Of a DNA stretch of 64,000 bases, positions 60,926 to 64,000 are shown piece after piece (the stretch's first letter is position 1; each line of letters begins with the position of its first letter). This DNA is from Obrimoposthia wandeli (taxonomy: Eukaryota). The DNA is taken from positions 62,001 to 126,000 of the forward strand of contig CDROCS010001687.1 in NCBI GenBank assembly GCA_977020255.1, in the 5' to 3' direction. Made by a program: the position numbers and the translations under genes. Below the pieces are notes generated by a model. It did not search any database. It had not been told where the DNA came from and saw only the letters and a program-made list of their open reading frames with translations.

Positions 60926-63479
60926 GTAAGTCGGCCTCTTGGTTGTCAAGGTCATGTCAAGGTCGTAGACATGTAAATATCAAAGTCGCTGTCATGATGG
61001 TTCCTTGAAGGTCATACCCTTGATGGACCGTCAGAAGCTCATATGATCTTCATGTGTACCTCGCTAACACTTCTGATCTATTATAGTAGATATCTACTCC
61101 AAGGACTTCTGAAGAACATATTTACATACAATTTTTTGGGTGGATCTTCAAAGGTAGATCTTCAAGAATTTTACGGGTTGTAAACCTTCAAAATTTTAAT
61201 TTTCAAATTTTCCATTTTTAATTGCCTTTTTTACACGAAAATTTTTGTCGCAAATGTTTTCTTTAAATTTTTACTTTTATACTATTTTTATTTGAAAATT
61301 TAAAAGTGTTTCTATGAATTTATTAAAACCTAAAGGTCAGGAAATCCGAAACAAATACATTTATTGTACATAACTTGAAAAAGTTATAGTATTTGTTATA
61401 TTACTAAAATTAATGCATAATGATTTTTTAATTGATCTATGAATCAACTAACTAATATAAATATTTATTAAGCATCAATAATTTTCTCCAAACATTAAAT
61501 ATTTTTAATTAAGACTGAAATGATAAATAATGTTATATTCTTTTGAATTACTCTTGATTTCATCAAAATTAATTCTAATGCTTATGTACATCTGAACATA
61601 TTTATATATATCCTATTCATGATATTTTTAAAAGAGAACCCGTATACAATCAAAAAAATGATTATACCTGAAACAGTTAAAAACAGCCTTACGCGAAGAA
61701 GAGGTTGTACATTGCTTCCTATCATTAGATGTTGATAATATGGTATATATTACAGATTAGTTTACGACCAGAAAAATTCAAAAAAAAATCATGAATATGA
61801 TAAATAAACCTATTACTATTAATATTTAAAAATCAACTATACATCCAAGATGTATGCAAGCAATGAACATTTTTATGGAATCAATTTTACATAGGATTAT
61901 AAATAATAATTGTCATATTTATCATATTACAAATATTTATTTATTAGGGATAACTTAATAAATGTATTTAATATATTTGGGAAAATAATCATTATGCATT
62001 AATTCTTAATAACTATTTACCAGTTTTGTGCATAAATATCTTTGAAATTCCTAAGTTTGCTTCTATAAATGTACAAAAACATCTTCTACTCACAAATAAA
62101 GGTAATGTAAAATAATACAAATTAAAAGAAAAGTTCAAAACAAAAAAGTTTCATGTTTGAACAAATTTTACAAAATATTTCTACTCACAATTTAATAATT
62201 GAATTTTTTAAAAAATTGTTTAATGAAGATGTTATAAAGGTAAACATTTTGATTTATACATTTTTTTTAACCATCAAAATTACATATAAGTAATTTAAAA
62301 CTTTTGGCATAAAAATTTTGAAAGTTTTTAAAACATTAATTTTGAAGGCTTTGACTTAAAATCTGAAAGATTCAGTTTTAAAAATTCACTTTCGAATGTC
62401 CACATCAAAACCATAAGTCAATATGCCATTCAAAATTTCTTGAAATTATTTATTATTTATTTACTTATTACTATAGTAGATCGGAGAGGAGGAGGTACCC
62501 CTTGGAGGTCTCTCGTTTTTTTAAGGATACCAATGCATTTGTTCTCCGTCATCACATCCCACTTCTTTATTAATTAACATTGTGGTATTTATGAAGAAAC
62601 CTTCCGGGGATAACCTAAATGAAATACGTACAATGTCACATTTTTCATTTGAAATAATTTGCATTTTCTATAAACAGTAAGAAAGTTTTTTTTTCTAAAG
62701 CTCTAGGCTAATGCTATGTCGAGAAAATAAAAATTGCATGTGATTACAGATCCTAAATCAATTTACTTAGTTCTCCTGAGTATAATTCAATATTGTCGCC
62801 GCTATACTTTACTTTCTCTGAATCAAATCTACACTCCGATTCATCTTTATTTTTACAAATTCCTTTCTTTAGTTACATTTTTGTGTTTTAACTTTAAAAC
62901 TTTCTTGCGAAAAACAATTAGCCCTAAGTATGGAGGTATTTCAAGAAAGGAGTACGACTGCGTGTGCTGTGTGAGTTATGAGTTGCAAATTGATTAACAT
63001 GTTGTGTCACGCACTATAACTGTGTTCTATAACTGCTATCTTAGTTTTCTTGTATTTATGAATTTCTTCACGAACTTTTGATGACAGCTCCGCAATATTT
63101 TCTTGTCAAGGGATTAGCACCAAGCAACGAACCAATCGATGTTTCTGACCCGGCTGGGAAAACTCCGTCAAACTTTCACAATGTTACAGCAAGTTTTCGG
63201 AGATACGACAATATCGCGTTCATATGTTTTTAAAAAGCACAGTAGATTCAGGAACAATCATCAACGTCATGTTTTTTGCCTTTATTGACTCGACACTCAT
63301 AAACTACTCCCGGCCTTATCCATTTACTTTGTCGTTTGCCAACTGCTTCTTCCTCGTGGCCTCTGTCGCTTCGATCTCCACGAACACATTAATTTTATAT
63401 TACCGTGACCCAAAAGTCTAAAATATGCTTTTATTCATAAATGATGTTTTTAATGAGTTTAATTTAATAGGTTCAGTCT

Positions 63480-63900
63480 CTGCAATAACAAGCAAAAAAT
63501 TGACTCATTAATTTGAAATTTCTTCCACGAGACGATCTTCTGTAAAGTCTAAAATATAATTTTAGCAAGTTACTTTTACTGTCACATTTCATTCGCATAT
63601 GTTTTCTTCTTTACTTTGCTATATTTTGAGCCATTTGTCACATTTATTTAAATCTGGTCAATATGACGGTTGAATCACTTGTTCAATAAATTTTAAAGAA
63701 CGCGGTCGCGATATATGTTGAATATGGCTATGCATTTTCATGTTGCCACTGAATATCATTTGGTGAATTCTGACGAGATTTGCATTAACATTCATAAATA
63801 GCGATGTACTATTGAAAATTTGCCATCACCATTAAAGCAATTAATAACAAAGTCTTCTTGTTGATAGAACTGATAATGCAACTGTTGATCTTGGGGTTCT
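63480..63900 (-). mobile_element. mariner-like transposase relic
   Basis: Minus strand WQHENA*PYS and IQPSY*PDLNKCDKWL correspond to mariner HDNARPH and HPPYSPDL.P.D.wLF. Confidence 0.6.
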
Positions 63901-64000
63901 ACTTAGATGGCATACCTTAGTGTTTGATTCACATGTCTGCAAATAATATTTTATACACCTAGTCTTCAATTATCCATCTTCCAGAAGATGAAGTTCAGTA

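Overview
AT-rich metazoan nuclear DNA; the species cannot be determined from the sequence. The backbone is a large, intron-rich + strand gene for a secreted or ECM-type protein. Its exons encode a giant Ser/Thr mucin tract, an EB module, EGF and cbEGF domains, diverged nidogen-G2F-like domains and an Ig domain, and several exons are duplicated or frameshifted. A predicted ~16.9 kb intron (21927-38787) holds a decayed Ty3/gypsy element. Inserted into the gypsy RT is an 8.9 kb Polinton/Maverick (24801-33703) with ~85 bp TIRs and a GGCGTT 6-bp TSD. It encodes pPolB, packaging ATPase, a chromodomain integrase, penton and pX-like peptides, has no recognisable major capsid or protease gene, and unexpectedly carries a compact TATA-binding-protein (TBP)-like ORF. 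A second oddity is an intronless chimera of SPT5, importin-alpha and HSP60 fragments joined to a BEL/Pao gag remnant (8705-10950), between two segmentally duplicated blocks. BEL/Pao, pogo, Tc1/mariner and hAT relics are also present. All protein family assignments come from motif recognition by eye; no database searches were run.
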